Of a stretch of DNA of 64,000 nt, positions 25,657 through 38,992 are shown piece by piece. A program made the translations under genes and the position numbers. Position 1 is the first letter of the stretch. The number at the start of each line of letters is the position of its first letter. Under the pieces are notes generated by a model. The model saw nothing but the letters and a program-made list of their open reading frames with translations. It was not told the origin of the DNA and searched no databases. The stretch comes from Azolla caroliniana (lineage: Eukaryota; Plantae; Polypodiophyta), in contig JBHGNT010000014.1 of assembly GCA_043228905.1 (NCBI GenBank), forward strand, positions 14,818,001 through 14,882,000, read 5' to 3'.

Positions 25657-26175
25657 CATATTCACGACGACTGATAGAAGGATTGGCCATGATGCCTTGG
25701 ATGGGCCAAGTGTGAAACCAAAATCCCAAACCCTAAAAACCGAACCAAATCCCAAACCCTAGAATCTGGAAGTATAAGACCAATAGCTAAGAACTAATAT
25801 TCACGACGGGTGACGGAAGGATGGACAATGATGCCTTGCGATGGGCCAAGTGTGAAACCAAAATACCAAACCCTAGAAACTGAACCAAATCCCAAACCCT
25901 AGAAACTGAACCAAATCCCAAACCCTAGAAACTGAACTAAATCCCAAACCTTAGAAACTGGAAGTATAAGACGATAGCTAAGAACTGTATAAGACCATAG
26001 CTAAGAACTGATATTCACGACGGGTGATGGAAGGATTGACTATGATGCCTTGGATGGGCCAAGTGTGAAACCAAAATCTCAAACCCTAGAAACTAAACCA
26101 AATCGCAAACCCTAGAAACTGAACAAAATCCCAAACCCTAGAAACTGGAGGTATAAGAGTAACAGCTAAGAATCG
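25657..26175. repeat. Nested repeat of TGGGCC plus AAACCCTA arrays
   Basis: Three large units (atattcacgac...gatgggccaagtgtgaaacc...gtataaga...agctaagaa), each containing 2-4 copies of a 26-bp cccaaaccctagaaactgaaccaaat unit. Confidence 0.85.
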
Positions 26176-28904
26176 ATCTGCAGACTTTGCTGTGCCTCTC
26201 TTTGCGTCTGTAAGCTGCTGTAGATCCGTGTTTGGAATACCATACTTTCTCTGAGCTATGATGAAGATGCTAGATTTCCAACACTTGGACTGATCTCCTT
26301 CTTGGTGATGTCAAACACTAAACGCTGCGTTCTTTCTGAGCTCTGCAGAAGAAGATGGCAGTTTCTGAGTCTGTGTGCAGTTAATTGATGTGGTGTTTGG
26401 TCATGTGATGATGACATTTCTATTCATATCTTAGGACACCTTCGGACATGGCAATCATATGCCATGGATGAGATGAAATTTGTTATCTGATGGCTATGAA
26501 TGGTCCGAATTGCTCTTGATTCTTGGTCTTGCAAAGACAGGGAATAGCAGAAGCAGGCGGTAGAGGGATAGAGGTGAGGGGGTAATGTGTTTGTGCAATT
26601 GAGTCAAGTGATGATGACATTCTTTATAACAATCTTAGGACACCTTCTGACATGGCCATGCTATGGATGAGAAGGATATGGTTATCTGATGGCTCTCAGT
26701 TGTAAAATAGTGGCAACGGTTTTCTGTACACACCTGCTGAGTGTTTACTTCGGCATAGCAATCAGGAAGTTCCTGAGCTCATTAGACCAAAATGCAATGC
26801 CTTACCCTAATTTGATGAGGGAGCTTTGCTTATCTATGATTAGCTCTAAAACTGTTCCAATCTCTTGACCGGAGCTGCCGATCTCTTACTATGGCAAGAT
26901 CCATGTCTGGGTTGGAAAACTTAAATATCGATGCTTGCTCGAAGGCCTGTTTTGGATATGGCATGGCAGCAGGACCACGCAGAAGACAATCAAAAGCATA
27001 TGTGTGCTGCCATTGAAGCTCCTCTGCTCAAGCTAATCCATATTAAGCACACTGATAATAGTGATTTAGCACCAAATCTGTCATGAGCTGATCCAAAAAA
27101 TGCAACGCTACATGGATTGATCTTGAACAGTGACATTTCTGTGGAAAGAGTGGATGGATGCCCCACATATTTGCAGTGCATAAAGGATATATTGACCATT
27201 TCATAAACCGGGTTCACAAGAGTCAGTCCATATTTTATTTTCCTGTAAATCATCCGCTTTACCTGCAATGATTAACCGAAAGCATCTAAATCCTACTCCC
27301 ATGGCCCAAACACCTTGAAATGAACACAGCATATTCAAATCCTAAATATATTTCATTCGTAGGGTAAACTTCTTATTTCCATGCCCATGCATGGCAGATT
27401 GATACATCGTGAGTAAACGGTGCATGAATTATGGGTGAAATATGGGCTAGGATATGGTGGAATGCGGAATGCAATATTGCTTCCTAATCTGAGACAGAGA
27501 AATTCATGCCCAAGAGGCCCATGCTTCATAATGCCGTAAAACCAGCATTTTAAATGTAATGAAGGTCATGGTAGTATTGCACCTAGAATGATAATAGTCG
27601 AATCAATCCAAATATGCGAGTAAAAAGCTGAAAGTTGTAAACATTGACTCCTATGGTCGAAGTGTATACAATTATTGATGACACATGGGGGTTATCCTCT
27701 TGATTCTCTGCAGAATTAACTCTTTAACTATTCTTGGTGGTGTTCTACATTAGTGTGCAATTTAATTGTTCAAATGGAATTGGTGCATGCAATCTATCTT
27801 CGATGAGAATTATGTCGATTGGTTGCGAGTGAGAGCTTCAGGAAAACCTTTGAAGTATATAATTGTCTGATTACCTTCACTTAGAATTGAAAGACTTGAA
27901 AGAAAGGCCTCAATTCATCATCTAAATAATTGGGAAAAGGAGAGATCACCACTAGGCCTTGGCAATTACACCATATAAAACTTTTCATGAGAACTTGAGA
28001 GAAGTATAGAAATCTATGTCCCCACATGAAAATCTAGTGACAAAAGTTTTCTCAAATTCATGATGGCCAAACTAATGTAAATAGGACACACTAATCATGA
28101 GGATGTACCATTGACCTTCAAACAAGAGGAGGGGTCAATATTGTTACTTGCTCTTAGAGTACTTTTCACCCTAGGCTAAGAAGAATCATAAAAGATGCCA
28201 ATTGCCTCTTGTAAAAATATTTTCTTGCTTGTACATGCTCTTTCGGTGTTGGTGTTAGTGTTAATGTTAAGTGTTAGTACTCAGAAAGCAAGACTAAATG
28301 ATAGAAGCGTAACAATGCAAAGATTACGAATTGATAGATCTTTTGAACACTAGGGTAAACAACATCGACTGTCTCTTCGAAACATTTCTCCTTGACATGC
28401 CCTTCTACTATTAGTTTTAAGTACAAAATTGAGTGGGAACCCCATAAAGCCAAATGTTACAAACAAGAATGCATGACAATGCAGGCATTTTAGGATATTA
28501 GGATTTTTGCGAAAAGATCAAGTGCCGCATGGGAATTTGATTCCTTGTCATGGGAGAAAACTGCGTTTCACGAGGGCGAGATATTTCTCGTAGATTTGTA
28601 GATTTCAGAAGACATTGTTGGGTGCTAGCACATGGATCAAGCAAAGCCTTTACCGTTAAAAAGGACATCATGCTTCTTGTTCTTCAAAGGAGGAGGAGGA
28701 GCCTTTCAGGTTCATTGGTAGCCAAGTGAATGCCTTCCGGGTTCTCCTGTGGTTCTTATTCTCTCTCTCGACCAGCCGACCAAAGTGGTTTTAACAAACA
28801 ACTAGGTCAGGTCCGGTCCGGTCAAGGTCAAGCTATTCGGAGGAGATTTGTCATCGAAGTCATTGGTAGGGAAGGTAATGCCCGTCAAGTTCCTTCGTGG
28901 TTCT

Positions 28905-28943
<39 letters not shown>

Positions 28944-29234
28944 AACCAGCTAGCCAAATTGGTTTAAGAGACAACCATGTCAGGTCCGGTCAAGGTCAAG
29001 CTATTCGGAGGTGGGATGTCATCGAATTCATTGGTAGCCAAAGTGAATGCCTTTCGGTTTCCTATGTGGTTCTTATTTAACCATGTCAGGTCAAAGGTCA
29101 AGGTCAAGGTCAAGGTCAAAGTCAAGATCCTCCTACTCCTCCTATTTCTTTCCCCCCCCCTTCTTCTTTCTTCTGTTTTCTGTGTTTTCCCGCTCCCGTC
29201 CAAGTCAAAGAATTAACAGTCCCGCTCTGTGGCC

Positions 29235-31528
29235 ATGGCTGGACCTGTCATTCTTCGCTCCGGAGAAGGTAATGCTCCCCTCCCCCCTCCTTTCTTCCTG
29301 CTACGCAGGAACACGACGCTGCTGCTTTTCATCTCTTGTTCTTGTTCCTTGCTCGCGTCTTTCTCCTTGTTCTTTTCTTCTTCTTTTTCCCTCCTCCCGT
29401 TGTCTTGCCTTTCTTGTAAAATTCCGCGAGCTTCTTGCAGGCTGGGAAATCGTAAACGATGACGGATTGATCTATAAGAGACGTAAGACAGAGGCCGATG
29501 ATTCTCCTCCTCCCCCTTCTCTGAATCAGATCCAAGAACCTCCCACGCAGCAACCTCAAGATGTTCACTGGAGACGTACGAGAAAGAAAGCTGCACTCCG
29601 ACAGTTGAAATCAAGGTACGGATTGTCGTCGTTCATTTCATTATGTTTATGCCATTTTATGTGCGAGGCTATGTAGTCAATTTTCTTGTTTATGCATATG
29701 GTACATTTCTCTGCAGATATATTTAGCTCGAATGTGTTTTTGTTTGCTGATATATCTAGTTCATTTCATTACATATCTATACAGTTCATTTTGTATTTGA
29801 ATCTTTGTTGCTCAATTTTTATAAATTCATGTAGTTCATTCAATTTTCTGGAAGTGGGAAACGCTACTTTTTAAATAGATGTGAAAGAGACTATAATTTT
29901 CTTGTGGATGTATCTAGATGATTATGTCAATGATCTATGTAGTTTATTTTCCGTGGATATATTATGCAGTCCAGTTATTTGGGAATATGGAAGAATGAAA
30001 GAGAGGAACAACAGCTAGGTAGAATAAGGAAAATCTACGAAATTCTATAAAATGGAGAATTGAAGGTAGATTCAAGAAGATTGAGATTAATTGATCATGT
30101 TACATTTCTTATATCCTGCTCAATAGAAGAAGAATAAGTGTTATCTTATCCTGAGTGAAGAGGAGTTTGTTGTGAAATGAGGAAGGATGAAAAAGAAACA
30201 ATGGGTAGGTTAACATGAGCAATATCTACGAAAATCTTTGAACTGATTTCATAAAGATTTCTTGTTTTTTAACTTTTAGGATTAGTTGAGGAATGTGAGA
30301 ATAGAAATTAGGATCAATTAGGATTCTAGTCTGATAATAATATTAGAAATCTTCAAATTCCATGTGTGCTGCCGAATTTGCCAACAAAAGGTTTTCTCAT
30401 CTATGAGGTGCAAGAAAAGACGGCTTGGAAAATGCACATAACGCATCATTCCAAGAGGTGGTTAGGTAGACAATGAAAAGATGGTGCCTAAAGTTGAATT
30501 TCAGCACCTTCTAAAATATTTTTCTTGTCTTCTAAACATAAGGCACTCACTACAACTTAATTTTTGTTATCTTATTAACTATTTTCGTTCAGGAAAATTT
30601 CTAATTAAATGGGCACACCCTTGGTAATCTTGTGTATCTAGGTTAGGTGCTATAAGAGAGCTTAAATTTGTTCTTTCAATTTATGTAAGATATTTCATCT
30701 TCTTGCAATACATATGCATTACACTAAGGTTGTTGTTTTTGGCTTTTAAATATTGTCTCATTATTCTGATTTTATCTTATGGAATGTGGATTAGATATCT
30801 CGCTGAGATTGATGAATGGGAGAAACTTTTTGAGAGGCTAGATAAGCCCCCTGAATGCACACCTTTTCAAAAGGAGGTCTCAGACCCTGAAGCTTCTCAA
30901 AATCCCATAATAAAGGCATCAGAAAAGCAATTTGGGACTTTGGTTGAGAAGCTTTCATGTGAGGTATGTCTTATGGCACCTTATATCCTCATAAATTGTC
31001 TCACATAAAATGTTGTGTAATCTTCATAGGCTATTCATGTGTTTTTCTGAAATCTCACAAAAAACTAAAATATTAGAAAAAAGCACAGGAACAAATGAGT
31101 TCCGCTTGAATCATATGTTTTTATTATACTATGCCCATGTTTGGAGTGCACACATATACATATGCACATTCTATCTATCTATCTATCTATAGTCTGCAAA
31201 CCATGTCTAGAAACGTTCTAAAGATTGAGTGGGACTAATGAAGAGTTATTATGGAGAAATCATTTCCCTTTTGTTTCTGTTATGTTTGACCAATGCTCTG
31301 TGATAACTCAATTTGCCCAGATAAATAACTTGGTTTTCAATGCAGGTAGAACAATTACAAATGTTCATGCAGGAGTTGAAGGCTTTATGCTGTGATTGTG
31401 AGTATATATGCAAACGTCCAGATGAATATGGAGAGTTCTATGATCAGATTAAAAGTCCCAGATTGTTGGTAAAGGCTCTCCAGGTTGTGAATGAGTCTCC
31501 AATTACTGAACAAGAGAAAACTCCATAA
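29235..31528 (+). CDS. Conserved plant protein of unknown function (WE-x-x-NDDG-x-x-YKR family; 4 exons)
   Basis: Exons 29235-29268, 29441-29615, 30795-30963, 31346-31528 with GT-AG and consistent phases. Product MAGPVILRSGEGWEIVNDDGLIYKRRK...RRTRKKAALRQLKSRYLAEIDEWE...SPRLLVKAL...TP*. Confidence 0.85.
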
Positions 31529-31950
31529 TAGCTGGTTTTTGTAATACGTACATTTGTAGTAATATTGTCGGCAAAACCGTGAGTTTTTCTTTAATTCCCC
31601 AAATGCTGCCCCAGATTGTTGGTAAAGGCTCTCCAGGTTGTGAATGAGTCTCCAATTGCTGGACAAGAAAAAATCCATAATAGCTGGTTTTTGTAATATG
31701 TACAGTAGTAGTAACATTTATCGGGAAAACCGTGAGTTTTTCTTTAATTCCCCAAATGCTGCCCTTATGTTCCCCAAATGCTGCCCCAGATTGTTGGTAA
31801 AGGCTCTCCAGGTTGTGAATGAGTCTCCAATTGCTGAACAAGAAAAAAACACCATAATAGCTGGTTTTTGTAATACGTACATTAGTAGTAATATTGTCGG
31901 GAAAACTGTGAATTTTTCTTTTAATTCCCCAAATGCTGCCCTTATGTTTA
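31457..31950 (+). repeat. Tandem triplication of last coding segment, stop codon and proximal 3' UTR
   Basis: Units start cccagattgttggtaaaggctctcc at about 31457, 31611 and 31786. Confidence 0.95.
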
Positions 31951-32940
31951 TCTATCTATGAGGAAACCAACTGTCTTGTAATATTTATTTCTTATCAAAT
32001 TGGAGTCTCGATTGCCATTCGCAGCAGCAACAGTGTGGGGAAAGGGAATTGAAGTCCTCACCTAGCATGTAACTGTATTGATCTGTGCATTGGAAAATTG
32101 TTTATCTACCAATTAAAATGCCAGATTAGCATTCAATGCGGCATGGATACAAATTATGCTAGTAAATGAATTGCAAGAAATAGAATTTAAAGTCAGTATG
32201 TACACTCAAATAATAATGTAAACAAAGTTGGAAGCTATTTTAGCAGATTGTAGCTAGTGTTCTTATGCCAACTACATCATAATACAACATAATGTATTAA
32301 GCTAATGCTAATAACATCAGCACACTGGATATTATCAACCATATGGTGCATTGTGTTACATGACAAATGATATGTTTATAACATTGTGCATTCAGTACAC
32401 TACATCATATGTTGTAACGTTGTTGGGTTTATTTAACAATAAATTATTGTAAACATTTGATGTTACATCACATAAAAAGTCTTTGGATAATCAAATAATA
32501 GGAAACAATCATCTTCCAAAGAGAATTGATCTTTTGCTCCATATATTTGGATTGCTAGGATCCAACTTATTACAATACTAAAACATCCTAGTACACATCC
32601 TATCATTGGAAGGAATTTAAGTTAGCAATATGCTCTAAATTAATATTTACCCATAAAAGAGATGAAATAAATGCACTTTGCAAAAATACACTTCATTATA
32701 AGAAGGTTTAGTTGATAGAATCAATACAAATCATACTTCGAAAACTTCTCGAAATTGGGAAACATATTTTAAGTTAGGTTCACCTTCACAAGCACTTTTT
32801 GGAATAGGGTAATGAGAGGCATATGCTAGTGTTGGTGTCGGCTTTTTCTTTAGTTGGAGTTTTCAAACTCATATATCACATGGAAAATGTTGATACTGAA
32901 ATGGCTTTTGTGCATGATTTGGTATTGATAACCAAATTTG

Positions 32941-35939
32941 TTAAGAAATGCTTGCAATCCAAGACTGCCCATCTATGTAGGCAATAGACATGAAGGGGGT
33001 TGCTTCCTCCAAGGTGAGAGCATGGGACCAAGCCACTCTAGATTGAAGATTAGCTCCAGGCCCAAAACAATCGAATTCTCCATAAAAAGATGTCCTTTCA
33101 TGAATGTATGACTATGTCAATGCGAAATCATGAATTGCGATTTCTCTTGTTGTAAATGTACATTCATGTTGTTATGATTCAAACACATGTACTTACATAT
33201 AGATGCACACATATACATATGAAGGTCGATCGAGTATCACTGTAATAGAAGCGGAGTGCTGGTGAAGGTATGGATATGCATAAATGTCATTAGCATATAT
33301 TACAAGTGCACATGTGTCTACAACCATGCATTCACAAACATGCATGCAAATGTTGTTGAACTCTATATCATATAGAAAAATACTCACTGTTCTCGAGATG
33401 GAACACCCCAATCATTCCAACCACCAGGCAAGATAATGTCGTCCATATAAGTGTAGACGAAGACAACTTTGGAGTATGCGCCCCAAGCCCTACCTAGGTA
33501 CACTGTGCCTGCCCCCCATAGAGTACAATTTAAGAATACAAACCCTGTGTCTTCCACACTTGTTTTCCTTTTTTGTGCAGTTATTGACCCTGCCACTGTA
33601 TCTATGGTATGTAATTCACATCCCTGAATTCACGAGAACAAAACATTTGACTTACATATAAAACTTGTCTTATGGTGTAACGTGTTCAAATATCTAAAGA
33701 AAATAAGATAGAGCAATATCATGGACAATCATTTTTTATGATAGAAAAACATTGAGAACACAACAAGCATGTGAAAAATATGTTATATTGACCTCATAAA
33801 GAGAGAGACCATCTCCAAAGATGAAATCGATGGAACCTTGAATCCAACAATTTCGGAAGTAATGTCGACCTTTATGATCATATAAGGTGTCTTGAGCTCC
33901 ATAGAAAGCACAATCATAAATCGCAGATTGATCTCCCGATATTTGGAAGGCTACTGCTTGAGCCCCAATAGCACCGGGGAGTGGGGGTGGTGCCGAATTC
34001 TACACAGAAAACATTGTTGAAATCAATTACTTTATTCATCATATAAATTCTACCATCCATGCATGGCTACAAAAGTTAAAAACCAAGCACCCAAAGATAA
34101 TTGACAATGTGAATAATTGTCAATCATACCAATCAATTTTCAAATGACCATGTCTAACTTTAGTAGACAAATATGATTAAGAAATGAATGAAGGGTCACT
34201 CTATGATTTAGAGCGTTGGCTATGTGAAATGACACAACAAACAAGCATGTTTAATGCTTCATATGCAGAAAGGTGATTGCCACATTCAAAGAAGGTTTGT
34301 TTTATGATTGAGAATATTACTTTTTGGAAACAAAGGATAAATTAAGGGGATTATGGCATTCAAAAGGAAAATCTCTTTTATGGTGGAGAAGATTATTTGT
34401 AAGACTATACATACTCATGATTCATTGTTAAACATATGTATTTACACATCTTTAAATTGAACTGGCATTTGGTGTGATATGTCTCTTTTACGAATCAATT
34501 ATTTATTTTCTCTTAGTGGATGGGTATTGAGCCAACTACAATCTAAGACAACCAAAGATTTGAACTTCAAACACATTTTATAGTATTCAAAATATTTCTT
34601 TTTCCCTTAATGGGGGTGTATATGTGTGTTGGGTTCGAGGTGCGGGGAGCTAGGGGGAACAACTTGCACTTACCTTCCTTCTAAGTTGGGTTGCCACTTA
34701 CAATGGCCCAAGCGACCAACACGACTTGAACTCCCAACCAATAGTTAGAACCAATCATGTGTAAAAATACAATTTACCCACCCTTTGACATTGGGGAATA
34801 AATGTTTATAGGTTGCAAAATAAGGACCTCGAAAGCAATGTTGCGAGCAACAAATCCTAAAGCCATCACAGTGACAGTGGCGCTTTTGAATGTGCTATGA
34901 CTACTTGTGGCAGTGTCATTCCATGTTATCTTAGTTATATCCATTCCTTCCCCTTGAAACGTAATGAATGGCTTGCCTTTTGGTACCTTCACCTTCTCTC
35001 TGCATATACCCAGAATAAAATTTCATTTAGGTCATCATATCACCAAAGCTGCAACACTCACGTATTGTATTTGCAAGTGAAAACAAAACAAGTGGTTGGC
35101 CATTTATAACATAGTTACACATGTCTAAGGGAGTTTGATTGGTCTAAACAACATTTTTGGAAGTTCAAACTATGTCATGATTACATAGTTTTAAGTGAAA
35201 CCTTTTTTTATCTTGATCTGTAGTTACTTTCACTAAGACACCTTATCACAAAAAGAGTGAACTTGGGCTTCTAAATTAAGGCATCACACGCAATACACAA
35301 TATGAATTTAATCTTTTAAGTTTCAAACAGTAATAACAAAACTTGGTCCACACTCAAATTTGAAACTTTGTGATTTGAGTGCAAATTTTTATGTGAAAAC
35401 TTGTGAATTAAGCCCCGATTGCACAATTATGCACAATTATGCACAATTGAGCTTACTTACTCATACACTCCTGCTGCTATCTTAATGATGACTCTTTGGG
35501 TGTTCCCTTGGGGGACAGCATTTATAGCTTCTTGAATTGTCTTGAAATCTCCTGAATCCTCCATTTGGTTCACTGTAAGGATTCTCTCTACTCTTATCAA
35601 CATGTCTTTGTTCACATTTATGTCGATATTCTCCATTTTACTAGTTAATGTTGTTGGACTCTCATTTGTTGTTACTAAAATGTTGTTGCCTTGTAGTGCA
35701 TATGTCATTTCCTCATTCTCTTGTTGCCTTCTCCACCTAGCCTTCATCCTCCCTAGCCATGCTTCATACTGTTTTATTGCTTTCATATTGATGTATATCT
35801 TGTCATTATTGTTATGATGACGATGGGGCACATAATGATGGTGGTGCATCATTTCAATTGTATGATCTGTGGCACCATGGGTCTCCACAACAATGAATAT
35901 TGTGAGAACCACCAAGATTACCAATGAATCAACTCTCAT
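32941..35939 (-). CDS. PME: Pectin methylesterase, type II (no PMEI pro-domain; CE8), 5 exons
   Basis: Exons 35939-35461, 34999-34828, 33999-33793, 33623-33388, 33094-32941. Hydrophobic signal peptide; motifs [58 protein letters not shown] (ctatataaa, minus strand) near 36010. Confidence 0.97.
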
Positions 35940-37804
35940 TTTGTGCTTTGTGTATTTGATTGTGTGTGTGAGAGAGGGGGAGCGAATTGGAACCGAGGGG
36001 TTGTGATTTATATAGTACCACACTAAGTGATTTTCTTGGAAAATACAAAAATGTGCTTTTTATTCTAAGAAATTGTCATGGTCCAAAAAGTGATTCCTTG
36101 ATCTTCTGTAAAAAGACTATCCCCTAAATAAAAGCATTTCCTAAGTCCTTTACAACTAGAGAGAGATTCGAAACCATTAATACCTTACCTCTAGTTATTG
36201 TCACATTCTTCTTTCAAGGTGGTTGCGCTGTCTATTTTGGAGAAATGTTTTCTACGAGTACTAGTAGACCTTGTATTTATCCCTCTTGACGAAATAGATG
36301 AGTTGTTAACGTCGTTTCTAGTACATGACTAGGAATCCCATTATAAAAGATAACATTATCAACTTTTAGTTAAATCAATGAACATGCTTTTTATGCACCC
36401 AAATTGAAGAAGTGTTTTGATACGATTTAGCAAAATCCAAGTTACTCTTCTAATGGAAAGGGTGAGTGGAAGAGTTTGGTCGAAGGAATATAATCCACAT
36501 AACACTTAGCTTTTGATGATGCTCCACTAAGAAACACTTGGATTCTTCAATTTTTTTAAAATGAACTAGAGTTTGACCAACCTTTTCATAATTGATTATT
36601 GTACGTAAAGCAAAAACGCTTCCTCACATTCTTGTATTAATGTATAACCCAAGGGTTTATTGCAAGAGAATAGAATTTATGCTCATTTAAATTTTATATG
36701 GAAATAAAAACATAACCGAATCTCATTCTCCAATTCATTGTGGCAAACTTAAATGTTGTTGACAAATGTCACACTTACTACCACAAATATTTTACTTCTT
36801 TTGACTTATTATGTTTTATCATCCACACAAACAACACCAATGTGACCCACCTATTACACCATCAATGTGTGCGTATAAAACATATAGACTAAACACTACC
36901 TTTGGCATAGTCAGGATGGATAAGGGTTTGGTTCCAAGAAGAGAATGGCAACAAGCACATGAAAACAATTGAGTTCAGATGTAGCACTTTTCAGCATTCA
37001 TTTCGTTGCAATTGCTTATATGCGATTCTAACAAGCTCTATTTCTTCATTATTCAAACAGAAAATACAGATATGATTATTGAGCAATTATCAAATAAATA
37101 TGCACGATGTGCTTCATTGTTTAAACTTTACACCTCAATTATGGACACTTTCCTCAAGGAAAGAAAGAAGTTAAGAATAGAATGTCAATCATGATTCTTA
37201 AACACATTGCTCTATGGCAAATCAACATTCCATTGTGAACACATTCTCATCCTTGATGTTGAATGAACATTGGCCAAATCAACATTCCTTTGTATGACAA
37301 TGAATAGTGGACAATTGCCAATCCACACGAAGATCTTATTGAGGAATCAAATAGCCTATCTTTCTTGATAATTAGTCGGTGTCAACTTTAGGTTAACTTA
37401 AATGTACATAGCATACATAAAAATGTCTCTTTTCGAGTTCATGTCAACCTTATTAAAGGTTGTTCCACAATAGTGCATAAATTATAGCGATTAAATAGAT
37501 ATGACTTCATTAACTAGAAAATTGCTAACTGTCATATATAATCTACAATGGTCTACGAGACAAAGCACATAGCACGAGACAAGTGTGTTTGTATTATAAA
37601 AAAATGTTGTCTTTTTACCTTTGAGTTCAATGTGAAATTTCCGAAAGAATGTCATCCATGGGGTTTTTGAGCTCATCAAGCATTTGAATTTCAAGCATAA
37701 CCCACGTGGATTTCCTCTTTCACTTGCCAAAGAGAGAAATAAGGACACATTAAGACATTTGGTGAGAGACATAACCAATGACAGTATTTTCATCCAAACT
37801 AACA

Positions 37805-38020
37805 ACTATAACAACAATTTTGACATAAGAGATGAGGTGAGTATCATAAGACTTGACGACTATAACAACTATTTTCGACGTAAGATATGAGGTGAGTATC
37901 ATAAGACTTGACGACCATAACAACAATTCTAGACATAAGAGATCGAGGTGAGTATCATAAAACTTAACAACTATAACAACAATTTTGGACATAAGAAATG
38001 AGGAGAGTATCATAAGATGT
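37805..38020. repeat. ~55-60-bp minisatellite, 4 units
   Basis: ataacaac.att...gacataaga.atgaggtgagtatcataa repeated four times. Confidence 0.85.
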
Positions 38021-38042
38021 GATCTCTCAATTGGACAATGAC

Positions 38043-38405
38043 CAACAATTGACAACAGTTCGGTTTGAGAGGGTCAAAACCGAACCGTTTAAAAAATTCG
38101 AAATCTAAACTAAACCGTTAAAAATTCAAATCATTAAAACCACGGTTTTGTGGTTCGGTTTCAGTTTTCAAGTTAGGTCAAAATTCAAAATTTAAATTTT
38201 TAGAATTAAAATATTTCATTATTTTAAATTTTCAAAATTTTAAAGATTTTCCTAAAATGTGAGAATAAGGCCTGAAAATGAAAATATTATTTAAAAACTT
38301 TTTTTTTTAATTTAAATTTAAAAAAAAATAAAAAACCGTTAAACCGTTTAAACCACGGTTTCTAACTGTTGAAACCAAACCAAACCGTTTAAAAAACCTG
38401 AACCG
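38043..38405. mobile_element. hAT-type MITE, inverted and truncated copy of the 21343/46476 family
   Basis: Decayed TIR caacaattgacaac; internal ttttcaagttaggtcaaaattc is the reverse complement of the other copies; second TIR not found. Confidence 0.75.
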
Positions 38406-38992
38406 TATGGATGCCATAACTTGTAGAAGCAAAGGAAACATCAACTTTCGGAAAAACGACAGGTTCGTAGAATGTATTATTAGGAAGATACTCAAACTGG
38501 GAAATAACTTTTGGTGCTGAGGATAATGGGGCATTACCTTTGTAAGAGTTGTGTAAAAATCATCAATAAATGATTTCAGACCAACCAGTACATGTAATTT
38601 TGAAGACAGATTTAACTGGTTTCCACTTCAAATCAAACACCATGTCATTTTGAGGACAGATTAGAAATCAAGATCACTAGAGAGCAAGGGCAATATCGAG
38701 ATTGGGCGGCAGTTGGGCAGCTCAGATGTCACAATTGAATGCAGATTTATAGACGGTATATATTAAGCCTCTCCATGGGTGAGAATTGTAGATAGAACAG
38801 TATAGTGCCTTGCAATAAGTTGAACAATAACTATTCGTTGTGGATACTCTTATGCATCAGTATTAGTCAACATGAGAGAGATATTTGGAGGATTTATTAA
38901 GATGATTACAGAAACTGCTCATATAAGCAACATAATATTACAAAATCAATAGTAATGATACACCTCTATGATACAATCAAGAAATTTACACA

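Noticed and set aside
25720-26140. Interstitial telomere
   Set aside because: AAACCCTA motifs are isolated within 26-bp units, not tandem TTTAGGG arrays.
26780-27270. Exon-like, GC-richer minus-strand segment with a ttgcag acceptor
   Set aside because: All frames contain stops and no family motif was recognisable; possibly a decayed gene fragment but unsupported.
29047-29676. 209-aa single ORF as the true N-terminus of the 29235-31528 gene
   Set aside because: The pyrimidine-rich middle is bounded by a consensus GT donor (29269) and AG acceptor (29440) and reads as an intron.
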